Of a DNA stretch of 64,000 nucleotides, positions 1-16,625 are shown one piece after another. Numbering within the stretch: position 1 is the first letter of the stretch; each line of letters begins with the position of its first letter. The notes under the pieces were generated by a model. The model was not told the origin of the DNA, did not search any database, and was given only the letters and a program-made list of their open reading frames with translations. Origin of the DNA: the human T2T-CHM13v2.0 reference genome, Homo sapiens; NCBI RefSeq assembly GCF_009914755.1, contig NC_060945.1. The stretch is one strand, 5' to 3'. A program made the translations under genes and the position numbers.

Positions 1-2680
1 AGTGGATCATTTAGGCCATTACATTCAATGTTAATATTGAGATTTGAAGTACTGTTCTATTCATCATGCTGGTTGTTGCTGCTTGAATACTTTTTTTCAT
101 TGCGTTATTGTTTTATAGGCCCTGTGAGATTTATGTTTTAAGGTGGTCCTATTGTCATGTATTTTGAGGTTTTATTTCAAGACATAGAACTCTTTTTATC
201 ATTTCTTGCAGTGCTGGCTTTGCAGTCGTAAATTGTCTCAACATTTGTTTGTTTGAAAAAGATTTTATCTCTCCTTCATTTATAAGGCTTAGTTTCAATA
301 AATACAAAGTTCTTGGCTGATAGTTATTTTGTTTAAGGAGGCTAAAAATAATACCCCAATCTTTTTTGGCTTGTAGGGCATCTTTTGAAAAATCTGCTGT
401 TAACCTGATAGGTTTTCCTTTATAGACTACCTGATACTTTTGCCTCATAGCTCTTAAGATTCTTTCCTTCATCTTGACTTTAGATAACCTGATAACTATG
501 TGCAAAGGTGATGATCTTTTTGTGATTAATTTCCTAGGTGTTCTTTGAGCCTCTTTTATTTGGATGTCTGGATATCTAGTGAGGCCAGGAAAGTTTTCCT
601 TAATTATTTCCTCGAATAAATTTTCCACACATTTAGATTTCTCTTCTTCCTCAGGACATCAGTTATTCTTATGTTTGGTCATTTAACATAATCCCAATTT
701 TCTTGGAGTCTTTATTTATTAAAAAATTTTTTTGTCTTTGTCAGATTGGGTTAATTTGAAAGTCCTTGTCTTTGAGCTCTGAAGTTCTTTCTTCTGCTTG
801 CCCAATTCTATTGTTGAAACTTTCCAGTGTATTTTGCATTTCTCTAAGTGTGTCTCTCATTTATATAAGTTGTAACTTTTTATGATATCTATTTCTCTGG
901 AGCCTTTTTCATCCATATTCTGTTTTTTTTTTTAAATTCTTTAAGTTGGTTTTCTCCTTTCTCTGGTACCTCTTGGAGTAGCTTAATAATCAAGCTTCTG
1001 AATTGCTTATCTGGCAATTCAGAGATTTCTTGTTTGTTTGGACCCATTGCTGGAGAGCTAGTGTGATCTTCTGGGGTTGTTATAGACCCTTGTTTTGTCA
1101 TATTACGAGAATTGTTTTTCTGGTTCCTTCTCATTTAGGTAGACTCTTTCAGTGGAAAGATCTGAAATTCAAGGGCTGCTGTTCAGATTTTTTTTGTCCC
1201 ACTGGTGATCCCTTGAGGTGGTACTCTCCCCTTTCCTCTAGTGATGGGGCTTACTGACAGCTGGACTGCAGTGATTGTTATTGCCCCTCTGGGTCTAGCC
1301 ACCCAGTTGGGTTATCAGGCTCTGGGCTAGTGCTGAGTAATGGCTGCAAAGAATCCTGTGATGTAATCCATCTTCAGGTCTTCCAGCCATGGATATTAGC
1401 AACTGCTCCAGTGAAGGTGGGAGGGGAGTGAAGTGGATTCTGTGGGAGTCCTTGGTTGTTGTTTTGTTTAGTGTGGAGTTTTACTTGAATTCTGGTTATT
1501 TTAGCAGTGAGGTTGTCATGTGGACAGACTTAGGATCTCTGGTTAGTCAAGGTGTTGCAGGTGGTAGAATTAACTGTTGTTTTCTCCTTCTTTGGAGCAG
1601 GATTGTTCCATTTTGAGTCATCATAATGGCTTGAGTTGGTTGGCCTGCAACCAGGAGGTAGCACTTTCAAGAGAGCACCAGCTGTAGTAGTCAAAGGGGA
1701 ATATAAGCTTGTCCTAGGTTGGCTAGAATCAGTATTCGGGTTTTTCAAGTGATGGGCAGGGCCATAGAGCTCCCAAGAGTTTATGTCTTTTGTCATCGGC
1801 TACCAGGTCAGGTAGAGAAAAACCATCAGGTGCAGGCCATTAGGTGGTTCTGAGCTCAGACTCTCCTTGGGCCAGGATTGCTGTAGCCATTCTGGGTGTG
1901 GAGAGTGGTACTCAGATCAATGGAGTTATGTTCCCAGGGGGATTATGGCTGCTTCTGCTGCATCATACAAGTCACCAGGGAAGTGGGGGGAAACTGGCAG
2001 TGACAGGCCTCACCCAGCATCCATGCAACCAAGAAGGCCAGTCTTACTTTCCCCATGCCCCATCAGTAGCATCGAGTTTATATTCAGGCAGCCAGTGAGC
2101 AGGGCTGAGATTTTGCCCCAGGCTACAAGACTCCCGGATGAGAAAGCAAGCTGGGCTTTCAGGCCTCATCCCTCCCCACTTCTGGCACCACTGGCTGTGG
2201 CATCTAAACTTGTATGTGCATTTCCCATTTGCACCCCCTTGATTCTGCTCAGGAAAATTCATGCTCAGTCCAAATTATTACAAAATTCAGCTAAAAACTT
2301 CCATCATCTGGTGGTACCTTCCCAGTTCTGATGGCTGCCTTCCCCAAGGACCCCTATGAGTTAAAGCTTCCCTGGGCTAGAGCTGGGGACCAGGAGTGCC
2401 TACAGAGTTCATCCCGCTGCTTCTACTTTTATATTTCACTTGGCTCCCTAAGTCTGTTTCAGCTCTAGGTAAGGTTAAATCCTTCTCCCATGATCTGAGC
2501 TGTCTTGTGGAGTTTGCAGTAGCAAACTGCTTTTTTTAGAGGGTTCGTGAATTCTTTCAGTTTTCACGGTACTTCATATGGTGGTTCTTGAAGCAAAAGT
2601 TCACAATGTGAATCTCCACACGCTGTTCTGTACGTCCAAGAGTGAGATGCACATTTGTCCTGTCTCCTATCCATCATTCT
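1..2680 (-). mobile_element. L1PB-type (L1PBa-like) LINE-1, 5' UTR plus degenerate ORF1, running off the window edge
   Basis: ORF track 155..628 (ENLFEEIIKENFPGL..HIVIRLSKV..KGKPIRLTADFS) and 889..1134 (MRRNQKNNSRNMTKQG) are L1 ORF1p fragments; the minus strand at 2680 begins AGAATGATGGATAGGAGACAGGAC, resembling the L1PB 5' end. Confidence 0.92.
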
Positions 2681-2759
2681 ATTTTTTCCAAAACCAGAAA
2701 ACACCATCAACTTGATGTGTGTGACATATGTGAAAATAAGTCATGTGATATTGGCTGAT

Positions 2760-2918
2760 TGGGAATGGGTCCAATAGATTTTATAGATTGATGGAAATAT
2801 TCTACATCTTTATAGGAGTGGTAGTTACAGTTACTTAAGTAAATATATTTATAAAATCTATCAAGTTAAATAAGATTTGTGCATTTTATTGATTTTTATA
2901 TCTCATTAAAAATAAAAT
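2760..2918 (+). mobile_element. old L1M (L1MC/L1ME-like) 3' end fragment
   Basis: GATGGAAATATTCTACATCTT...AAGATTTGTGCATTTTATTG...CTCATTAAAAATAAAA resembles L1M 3' UTR ends. Confidence 0.6.
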
Positions 2919-3029
2919 GACATGAAAGCATAAACTCAACAACAAAAACTGTATCTGGTTACCTTCGTACAATGTTTTTATCAGTAAACAGAGGTAGAAT
3001 AAAAATAGCTTACAATAGCACAACTGTTT

Positions 3030-3240
3030 TCAGCAGACCTGTGTTTGAGACCTAGTTTTGCCACATGCTCCCGATATGGCTTTGAGAAAAGTAATTAACT
3101 TCTCCAATTAATTACTCTTAGCTTTGCCATCTATAAGGTAAGAATAATGAAAGTTCCTATCTCACAGAGTTGTAATACTTAAATAAAGGGGCAAAGAACA
3201 TTTACCTGTGCATGGCATATAAAAAGAGGACAATAAAAGT
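3030..3240 (+). mobile_element. MIR SINE
   Basis: CAGACCTGTGTTTGAGACCTAG...CATCTATAAGGTAAGAATAATGAAAGTTCCTATCTCACAGAGTTGT, MIR core-like. Confidence 0.7.
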
Positions 3241-3782
3241 CCCAACACTATCTTTGCTTCCAAATTTAAGACAAGAATATTAGATTTAGCTGAAAACTGT
3301 CATATCTTTAAATGTTTAAATAGTTATTAGTTAAAATTAATTGAGATATTCTGAGTACTACAGCAAAATTTTATTTAAAAAATTCAACAAAATATATTAG
3401 AATAGAATCATAATCACAAATATAATTGAAATAACATAGTACCTAGAAGCATTAATCTTCTTGAAGTCTATTTCATAATAATGAAAAGCTGCCAAGACCC
3501 ATATTTTATTTCACCCTTATCAAATTCTCAATATTTTCAATGTTTTTCACGTCGCTCAAAATGATGGAGTTTGAGTTCTATTTTGTTAAGGCAGAGCACA
3601 GGGCATAGTCTCTGTCACCAAGCGAATCTAATAGTAAAAAGAATCAATGTATCCTCAACACTTTATTATTTCCCATAAAACATTGCATTTCTCAGAGAAT
3701 TTAGTTTATTCAAATATGAAAAAATACTACGTAATAAAATTTAAAGAATTATTTTAAAAATAAATGCATTAAATTCTTTCAC

Positions 3783-4078
3783 TTTTTTTTTTTTTTATTT
3801 TTGAGACAGAGTCTCACTCTGTCGCCCGGGCCGGAGTCCAGTGGTGCGATCTCGGCTAACTGCAACCTCTGCCTCCGGGGTTCAAGCAATTCTCTGCCTC
3901 AGCCTCCTGAGTAGCTGGGATTATAGGTGCCTGCCACCACGCCTGACTAATTTTTGTATTTTTAGTAGAGACGGAGTTTCACCATGTTGGCCAGGCTGGT
4001 CTTGAACTCCTGACCTCATGATCCACCTGCCTCAGCCTCCCAAAGTGCTGGGATTACAGGCGTGAGCCACCATGCACC
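3783..4078 (-). mobile_element. Alu (AluS, Sg-like)
   Basis: poly-T followed by a full dimeric Alu in reverse complement. Confidence 0.95.
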
Positions 4079-4084
4079 GCTTAG

Positions 4085-4220
4085 TTTATCTCACTACCTG
4101 GGTGATGTGATCATTCATACACCAAACCTCAGTGACCTATAATTTCCCCATGTAACAAATCTGTATATGTATCCCATGAGCCTAAAATCAAGTTAGAAAA
4201 GATAAATAAAATCTAATAAA
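4085..4220 (+). mobile_element. L1PA15/16- or L1PB4-like 3' tail fragment
   Basis: TCACTACCTGGGTGATG..ACACCAAACCTCAGTGAC..CATGTAACAAATCTG..CTAAAATCAAGTT plus A-rich tail. Confidence 0.8.
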
Positions 4221-4587
4221 AATCATTTTAAAAGTATACTTTACAAGCTACAAAAGTATCTTCATATTTGTTTTATGATTTCCAGGGGAAGAAAGTTAGA
4301 TAATGAAGAATGAAATAATTTGAAAAAGTTTTTTGGTAAATGTTAAAAAAATAATAATTACATTTCACAGTTTCAGTATATGGAAAAATTTATTTTGACT
4401 CCATAGCATTTTCATTTAAATGCTTTGAAAAACAAACTCAAAATATGTTTTAAATTGTTGATGATTTCAAATATTACAGGAATAGAAACTTTAACTTAAC
4501 ACAGAATGATTATCTGGCTTCCTTCTGTAAAATATCTTAAAGGTTAATGTGGATTTGAATTGCACAACATTCCAAATGCTTCTCCCC

Positions 4588-4636
4588 TTTTAAAAAGAAT
4601 AGTCTTATCTTTTAAAAAGAATACTCTTATCTTTTA
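4588..4636. repeat. 22-bp tandem duplication
   Basis: TTTTAAAAAGAATAGTCTTATC followed by TTTTAAAAAGAATACTCTTATC (1 mismatch). Confidence 0.85.
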
Positions 4637-5211
4637 TTTTTCTTATGCAAGAGCAAAAATAAGGAAAAAATATATTATTCAGGAGAATCATGGCAACAAT
4701 TTAAGGAAGACAAAACCAGTCTTTAGCAACCAGTATACATATATATCATCTTTTTTTCTGCTTTAGGGTAGGTTGCTTCTATCACCAACCTGTTCCAAAT
4801 CCTCCTCTTACATGCACCATTAAAACATACTCTTTCAAAAACGAGGTGATAAAATCACAAATATCAATCTATCGTTTAGAAGAAGGTACCTTTATTTTAC
4901 CTTAAAGGAATTTGATATATAATGGAGAAAAGAAAATTACTTTCTAATTTCCAAGACTCAAAAAGTGTCTTGGGGAATATCTCTGTCCTTGTTTGTTTAT
5001 TTTAAGGCTGATGGCCTTTTCAGAATTCCCAAAATGATAATAAGTAAAAGTATCTACTATTATGACTACATTTAGATTACATGTCAATACACAATGAATC
5101 ATTGTCACATTTACGGATAAGTTATAGGTCCAGTTTTGTGGTCGTATTAAAGAGAATAAAGTTAAATTAAGTAAATTTGAAAGTTTGTTAATCTTTTTTC
5201 ATGGTGACAAA

Positions 5212-5567
5212 TGTCTTAGTCCATTTGGACTGCTATAATAAAATAGCATAAACTGTGTGGCTTATGAACAACAATTTATTTTCTCACAGTTCTGGGAGCT
5301 GGAAAGTCTAAGATCAAGGTGCTTACAGATTCAGCATCCAGTGAAAGCTAATTCCTCATAAATGGAATTTTCTTGCTTCATCCTCACATGATGAAAGGGG
5401 CAAACAAGCTCTGTTGGGCCTCTTTTCTAGGGGCACTAATTCCATTCATCAGGGCTCCACCCTTATGATGTAGTCACTTCCCAAAGTTCCCACCAATTAA
5501 TACTATCATATAAGATTAGATTTCAACCTAGGAATTTTGGGTGACACAAACATTTAAAAATGTAGCA
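5212..5567 (-). mobile_element. MLT1A-like MaLR solo LTR
   Basis: TGTCTTAGTCCATTTGGACTGCTATAA...CTCACAGTTCTGG...AAGATCAAGGTGC...GACACAAACATT...TAGCA with TG..CA ends. Confidence 0.85.
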
Positions 5568-5679
5568 ATCAATATGTTTAATTAAGTTGTTCTAACGATT
5601 TCTTTCTTATACAAACTTCATATCTGAAGATACATACTTTGAATAGTAGTCCTTATTATACAGATTAACTAATGGTCAC

Positions 5680-6045
5680 TGTGTCAGTTAAAACATAAGT
5701 AGTGTTGTAATAAAAAAAAGTATTTAAAATCCTTGGTTACAGAAATAAATTTATTTCTTGCTCATGTTCAGGTTAATTATAGATTGGCTGTAGGCCTTCT
5801 CTATGTCATCTGCACTCCAGAACGCAGATTGACCAGGCAGCCTCTCTCTGAATATCTTTGAAATGGGAAAAGAAAAATGGAGCATCACACATAGCTATCA
5901 AAGTTCATGCACATAACATGGAAATCCTGAGTTCAACATAGATTTAAGGATTTAAAGAGTCAAGGATTTCAGTAATCCCTCTACAGAGTCAGTCATGAAA
6001 CAAAGAAAATCACAATATTTGGAAACAAAATTACATCCACTACAG
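5680..6045 (-). mobile_element. old MLT1 (MLT1K/L-like) LTR
   Basis: AAATTTATTTCTTGCTCATG..CACTCCAGAACGCAGATTGACCAGGCAGCC resemble old MLT1 motifs; highly diverged. Confidence 0.5.
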
Positions 6046-6989
6046 TACTTTAGCAATCATGTTGTTTTATTTCACTTTGTTTATAAATGAGGAAATTAGT
6101 CTTAAAAAACAAAAGCAACTTGTCCACATAACAGTTATTTAATCATAGTGTCTGTCCCAACATGAAAATAAAATCATAGTTTTCTTTCTTTCAAGATTAG
6201 TAAACATAAACAGAAATGTTACTAGAAATTCTCCACCGTGTTTTTGCAACAGAAGGAAGAAGGGAAAGCTAGACAAAGCAGATGGCAAAACATGTGTCTT
6301 ATGGTCTCATCTATTATTAAATAAATTATTGATAGCAATATATTCACCATGAATTTATTTATATATTGAATGGATAGCCTCTACTTCTTTCCATGACTAA
6401 AATAATTATTTTCATAGAAGAATAGATTCTAAGAAGAAAGAAATAATATTTTGGGGGAAACCCTATGTTTGTATTCAAAGTGAATTTATAAATACTTTCT
6501 GAAAATCTTTCAACCTTTTAATCTATCTAAGCTCTATAACTGATCCAAGGGCAGATATATCTTTTGAGTTTCTCCATTTTTCCAACTTATAATGAATTAA
6601 AATAGTGATTCATACTGTTATTTAACTCTTTAATGTGTCACTGTCATGCATTCATAGGGAAGTAGATTTCATTACCTATAAATAAAGGACCATGATTCCA
6701 TTCAGCCGTGAACATCAAATAGGCAAGTAATAGATATTCCATAAATGCCTAACGATAGACTGTGCATTAGAAAAAAAATCATTTTATACTATGAATAGCT
6801 GAAAATACTGGTTAGCCCTGTAGAGGGAATAATAAAATTTATTACTCTCAAAACTGCTCAATATTTATGACCTTTCATATGAAGCATTTGTTTAAAATTT
6901 TTAGAAAAATTGAATGAAAAAATAAAAAGATGAGTTTTTTTTTCCTTTTGTATGGAGGTTAATGAGTTAGTGAAAGCTCATTACAATAG

Positions 6990-7110
6990 GCTTGGTAACA
7001 TGAATTTGAACTCAATGCTGCAAAAATTAATAGTATAAACCTGGTGAAGTCTTTAATTCTCTTGTTTTAGGTTCCTCATTGATATAATAAAGGAACTAAA
7101 CTAAATTACA
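6990..7110 (+). mobile_element. MIR fragment
   Basis: AAGTCTTTAATTCTCTTG..GGTTCCTCATTGATATAATAAAGGAACTAAACTAAAT. Confidence 0.5.
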
Positions 7111-7679
7111 ATTGACTTTTTCTTTCCATATTTCAAAAGTATAGAGTAAGAATACTAGCATGTTTTACTGTTGCTATGCAAGCAATACCACCGTAATTGG
7201 GTTTTGCAATGAAAAGTTAATGTAAAATAAGAAATAATATACCATTATCCAATATAATGATGAGCAGTGTTTTTATGAGTGCTTATCTTAATTTTGTTCT
7301 ATTTTATAATGTAATATTATGAGCAGCCTATATAAACACATAGTGAAATATCCAATGATAAGGCATAGTCTCTATATTTTTGGCAAATATATATTTAAGT
7401 CAAAAAGCATTTACAGGCAAGAAATATGAAATCCATTAAAATCCATTTGATAGGAATTTTATTATGTACATGTCACACAATAAGCACTTTCTCCCATACC
7501 ACCTTATTTACCCAGACCTGTTATTCAGCATACTATAGCACCACAAACAAACCTGCTGGGCTCTCTCTCCTATCTTTTGAGAAAAATATTTTAAATTTTG
7601 GCAACCTCAGCTATTCCTGTCAATGTCAATCTAATAACATGTTTGTGAGCAAGTTAATACTCCATTCATAATAAACAAC

Positions 7680-8800
<1,121 letters not shown>

Positions 8801-11016
8801 TCAATAACCACATGTCTGGTCATGGGGTATTCTTGACTAGCTTCTATGGTTAATCTGCTTCCAAGGTTAATCTGCTTTCTTTTTAAGTGATTTAGTTTGA
8901 GATAGGATAGAAATCATCAAACTTTGACAACAGTTTAAAATTCCTGGCACATATCTCTTGAAAATAAATATCATATTATTTTCCATTCATTTTAAGTGCT
9001 TGTTTAACAGAGACGTGATAAACTCAATAGAGGGTTTTGGTGGGCATGTTATGTTATCATTATCCAAATTTAAGGAGAATCTTCAACAATAAATTATTCA
9101 CAACTGAGGCATATAAAAAAAACACGCTATTATTGTGCCAACGTGCATAAATATATATTAAATTTGTAAACCTAATTATATTTGGATTTTTAACCCCTAG
9201 TGCTAAAAATCAGTTACCATTTGAATCTGAATCTGTCCTTTTATTTCTTTTTGAAAGCCTTAAATAGTACTGAATTCCATTTCCTATTTAGTAAAGACAT
9301 GCATTCTATTATTGTAATGTTTGTTTTGTTTGTTGCTTTTCCTTATAGTAATGACATGCCAGCCTCCATGTAACTTCTTGAATTCTTAAGTTGGAAACAC
9401 TTGTATTTGAAATAAAATTCTTAGGTGTATAACCAAATTCCTGATATTTAAAGGATGTGCAGGCTTAGATAAGGTATTTACTATTTTTAAAACCCTCTGC
9501 ATTAGTAAAAGGGTAGTAATAAGAAAAAAGTAGAGTTACTAACAAAGGAGTTATTCAGACTGACAATATAACACATAAAGTCCATAGGTTATGTGTCGTT
9601 AATACCAGATATGGATTCTGGCTTTCCTAATCATTTTCTATAGAAGCATTTATAGTCACAAAGATGGGACTCAGTGGGAATGAGCCAATTCAGGTCAAAA
9701 GGGTATTCGAATACATCTATAACCATTGATAATTTTTTATAACATGTATTTCTTAGGTATTTTTTGTAACTATAATTGCAACTATATATAATAGTATTTT
9801 ATGCACAATAGTGTAGACATAACAGGATTTTGGGTTATTTCCCCAAACTTACTAGCAAAATTACCATTTTCCTACAAGTCATATGTCTTTCATTAGTGGG
9901 TAGGTCACTAGAGGCCAATGAAGAAAAAACACAGGAGTCTATCTATAAAGAGACTTAACCATATCTAGCAAGCTAATAACAAACTTTATTAATGCAGGCT
10001 TCCTAGTGTCATGTTGGATCACAGCCGATTTCTCTCCTGTGAACGTAGCACAATGGTGACTCCCAATTTATCTCATGCTAATTTAACCACGTGACATACA
10101 TGTTTATTTTAATTTGTGTCCCTTTAACTGGGAGTCAGTTACTGTAAGATCAAGTTTGTCATAGTTTAGAATGGCTATAATGATTTCATAAATATTGTAC
10201 TCCAGCACACCTAGCCACTGACCGTTTAAGTATATCAGATCCCCCTGCAATCAATATGCCAATGAGTTCTTTCTAACTGAATGGCTATGATCTCCTTGAG
10301 AGTTGTTGGCAAGCAGAATGCCCTGTAGCCCTGTTTAGTAATATACATACACCACTTACATATTGCTTCATAATCTTTTCAGCTGACTCCTGAGTGTTGT
10401 CAGTATTCTAGTGGAACACCCCTATGAGTGTCCCAAACTAGGTTAAAAAGTTCTTCTCATTATCAGGGGTAAGAGTTCAGAGAAACCAAGTCATAAGACC
10501 CAAAATGCCTTTTGCACACTGAAGCCATCAAATTGGAATCTGTGCAGCTTATACCATCACAAATGCTGCTGCCACTGAGTGCTTGAAGCATGCATACAAT
10601 TCAAGAATACTGTAAAAGTGTCCAAAAGAGTGTGCCTTCTGGATATTTTAGATTCAGCATATTCAACTCCTATGGTCGTTCGCTCTGAATATGACAAAGG
10701 CTTCTCATAATCATTCTAAGTATGAATCATTAATTATATTAACTGATTATATCATATTAATTATCACCCCGTTGGACATTATTCTGCTTACAAAAAGTTA
10801 TGATTACATATTATTCTACCCACTTTCAGGTTTGGTGCTTGACTGCTTTGAGTAACAGCAAAGTGGCCTCTGAAATACAAATGTGTCTACTTTTATCCCA
10901 ACAGGCTATCTTCATACACAGCATCAGAGTAATTCAGCTACTCATTGTCAACTGACTGCCACATACATGGTCTGATGCAAAGATAGAATTTATTTCAAGG
11001 TTAAAAAAGAATAAAT

Positions 11017-11428
<412 letters not shown>

Positions 11429-11889
11429 TCAACACAAACCATGACTCTGAATCACAATAATGAGAAACAGACAGGGGTTTACTTTTCCTACACTGGAAAC
11501 TTTCTTGGGAAATGAGTGAGATTGCATTCTTTTTTATCATGTTTACTCATTTGATTTACTCATTATTTTTACACTCGACATTAATGATGAGACATTTATG
11601 CACATTGAAAAGTGTTTGTTGCACTAATGAACAACTTGAATATTGAATGATGTAGAAAATTTAATTTCCAATTTTATGGTTAATCAAGAACATTTTTGCT
11701 GTAAATTCTACATAAATTTGGAGGTATATGTCTGTACATCCATATACTCAAAATATAATTTTAAGTAGATAAATTGTTTCTTGAATTTGAATATGTTTTA
11801 TCTTATAAACTATATTAGATCTAAATTATTGTGTCAAAGTCCCAAAGACATACTTTTTGATTAAGCATGTTATTTAGTTCTAAAGTCAT

Positions 11890-11926
11890 ATGTGTGTGTG
11901 TGTATGTGTGTGTGTGTATGTGTGTG
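11890..11926. repeat. (TG)n microsatellite
   Basis: interrupted TG run. Confidence 0.9.
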
Positions 11927-12070
11927 TTCTCAGTAGAAATAAGCAGAGAAACCCTTTTTGTTAGCTCAACAAAAGACCATTACCTATTGCTCCTGTAAAT
12001 GGCAAACACAAAATCCTCATAAATGAATTCTATTACTATTTCAAAATATAGTTTTCAGGACAACTCATTC

Positions 12071-12971
<901 letters not shown>

Positions 12972-13500
12972 CTAGAAATACCATTTGACCCAGTGATCCC
13001 ATCACTGGGTATATTCAAAAGATTATAAATCATGCTACTGTAAAGACACATGCACACGTATGTTTATTGTGGCACTGTTCACAATAGCAAAGACTTGGAA
13101 CCAACCCAAGTGTCCATCAATGATAGACTGGATTAAGAAAATGTGGCACATATATACCATGGAATATTATACAGCCATAAGAAAGGATGAGTTCATGTTC
13201 TTTGCAGGGACATGGATGAAGTTGGAAACCATCATTCTAAGCAAACTATCACAAGGACAGAAAAACAAACACCGCACGTTATCACTCATAGATAGGAGTT
13301 GAACAACGAGAACACATGGACACAGGGTGGGGAACATCACACACCGGGGCCTGTCAGGGGCTAGGGGGCTGGAGGAGGGGTAGCATTAGGAGAAATACCT
13401 AATGTAAATGACGAGTTGATGGGTGCAGCAAACCAACATGGCACATGTATACCTATGTAACAAACCTGCACGTTGTGCACATGCACCCTAGAACTTAAAG

Positions 13501-13544
<44 letters not shown>
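12972..13544 (+). mobile_element. L1PA6-like 3' end with (AAT)n tail
   Basis: CTAGAAATACCATTTGACCCAG...GTAAATGACGAGTTGATGGGTGCAGCAAACCAACATGGC...TAAAGTATAAT then (AAT)n 13503-13540. Confidence 0.94.
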
Positions 13545-13664
13545 CAGCTAATTCAGATTTCATCCTTTAGCTACCTTCTCCTAATTAAATAGTAGTTCTT
13601 TTTAAATTTTATTTTTTAATTCTATTTTTCTCTGGTCCTTTTAAAAGTAAAATAATATCATCAA

Positions 13665-13848
13665 TTTATAGTATATTTCAAAATAGCTAGAAGGGAAGAT
13701 TTGGAGTGTTCCCAACACAAAGAAATAGCAAACGTCTGAGGAAGATTTTAATTACAGTGATTTGATTATGACATTTTGTATGCATGTATCAGAAACACAC
13801 ATGTACCCCATAAGTATGTAGAACTATTATGTATCAATAAAAATAATA
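13665..13848 (+). mobile_element. L1MA-type 3' fragment
   Basis: GTATATTTCAAAATAGCTAGAAG..CCCAACACAAAGAAAT..ATGTACCCCATAA..TATGTATCAATAAAAAT. Confidence 0.8.
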
Positions 13849-13909
13849 CGTCTCTTAAATGTTTTAAAATGAAAATTTTAACACCTATTTTAAAAATAAA
13901 ATAATAAAG

Positions 13910-14110
13910 CAAGTGTGTCCAACCTGTGGCCAGGATATCTTTGAATGCAGCCCAACACAAATCTGTAAATTTTTTAAAAACAATATGAATTTTTTTTGCA
14001 ATTTTGTTTTAGGCCATCAGCTATCATTATTACTAGGATGTTTTATGTGTGGCCCAAGGCAATTCTTCTTCCAATGTGGTGCAGGAAACCCAAAAGATGG
14101 GACACCCCTG
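13910..14110 (-). mobile_element. MER30 hAT-Charlie non-autonomous DNA transposon
   Basis: ends CAAGTGTGTCCAACC / GGGACACCCCTG; internal CAGCCCAACACAAAT and TTATGTGTGGCCCAAG match MER30. Confidence 0.88.
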
Positions 14111-14530
14111 CTATAAATACTAGATTGTATTTATATGTCTTAGGAGGAGTTAATATAAAATATGATTTATTATAAAAGGTAATTATATTAACATTATGAA
14201 CTTTTTTGAAAATTTGTTTAGCTGCTAAAAATTTAAACAATACCTTGAAAATCAATGACAAACAGAAAATTGATCCAACATTTATAAGCACAAGAGTGCA
14301 AATCACTTCTAATTATACTAGTTTGGTGTCCCATTGAATACTCATTTTCTCTTTATTTAGTCCAGATTTGACATATTCATGATATAAAAATAAGATCCAG
14401 ATAAATCATTATTCTGATTTTATCCACCAATGAGAGGAAAAGTTAGTATTTATTTTATTCATAATCAAGATTTTGTTCATAAATAACTCATGTTAACATT
14501 CATTAGGCACGCTTGCATTTTTTTCACATT

Positions 14531-15021
<491 letters not shown>

Positions 15022-16625
15022 ATGTTTTTCTTTAATCATATTGGTAAGTAAGCACAGTAATAAAGAGAATGAATTTAAATATTAATTAGGGGAAATGGAT
15101 ATCTTAGAGAAAAAATTATGTGGCCTGAAGACATGTTAATGCTACTTACCATTTTATAGTTAATGCTACATAATATTAGGGACAATTTTTCCCTAACGTT
15201 AGGGATAGTTTGAAAGATTTGAAGAGTTATGAATAAATTGCCTAAAACAGGATTTAAGTGTTAATAGGTCTAAGTCAATTGAAGTTAAAAAAAAAATCAG
15301 TAACAACTAAATTTAAGGTAAACTTATAGGATATTGTACCACGGCCAATATCCATGGTCACTTAGTCACTTAGAATATACTTTAAAAGGACATATTATTT
15401 AATATAAAATGCCAAGTTAAAGTGAAAAACAAAGTACCCTACACCTACACAGAATAAAAGATAAACAGTTATTTGATTGTATAAATTAAAATTGATTCTG
15501 ATTTCCAATTAACCCACAACTTGATGAATTCACAGCCTGAGGAAATATCCAGCATATTAATTTGTTCTCATTTCCTTTTATTAATGAAACAGTGTTCATC
15601 TATAACACGAATCTCTGGAACTGATTAAAGTATTGAGTAACTGAAGACATGATATGGGTTTTTTGTTGGTTTCAGATGGAGAACAATGAACAAAATGATG
15701 GAGTTGAGCAATCTCCTTTTTTTTTTAGTATTTAACTGGAACAAAATAAAACATTATCTACTTAGGTCATTATATTGACTTGACCAAGTTTAATTTAACT
15801 TACGAGGACCATAATCAAATGTATCATTAGAAAATATTAAAATACCATGTAAGTATGAGGAGATATTTAAAAAGCTCTTCTTAAAAAGATATCAGTAACT
15901 AATCAAATAAATATTATAGTATATTATTGATGTATTAAAAATTAACTCTCAAAATTTAAGTCAAATGTACATTAGATGTCTGAACCCATGAATTACTCTC
16001 AGAAAACACAATAATCATATATATGTCATATTAGAAATACTTAGAGAAAGAAAATTCTATTCAAATTGAAGTCATCTAAGCCTCTTCATTTTAATGTTTT
16101 AAATTTCTTGAAACAAAGTAGAAAATTTAAGAAAACACACATAAAGGATAAATAAAAGCCTATCAATTCATGCATATGTTTTGCATTCAAAAGACAGAAT
16201 TTAGATACTAATTAACATAAAAATATTGATTTCTAAAACCTGATTTATGACTTTTTCCAAAATATTTTTTTCTTTGATATTTCCAAGTATTATTATTGTT
16301 ATAACACATATTATTATTATAACCAAGTATTATTGGTTTTTTTATATTTACAATAAATGAATGGAAATTTGTCTCCTTTTAACTCCATAAGAGATGTAGT
16401 TTCTAAGAAGTAATGATAAGTATATGATTTATTTAAATCACCATTAAGGAAATTTCATAAAATTTTTGGGAAATATTTCACTTTTGTTTGTATTTTGGAA
16501 CAGATTTATAGTAAGAGAGAGAATAGATATCTATACTGGGACCATAATAAGCTGAACTAATAGTGTAAATTTTTTACTGTAACTTTCATCCCAAATTTCT
16601 TTTATATTCTTCTTTCTCTTAGCCT

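Noticed and set aside
155-1134. 157-aa and 81-aa ORFs as a gene
   Set aside because: Broken L1 ORF1p of the L1PB element
15676-15730. Acceptor-like TTTCAG followed by ATGGAGAACAATGAACAA as a coding exon
   Set aside because: Runs into poly-T with no good donor and no recognisable protein
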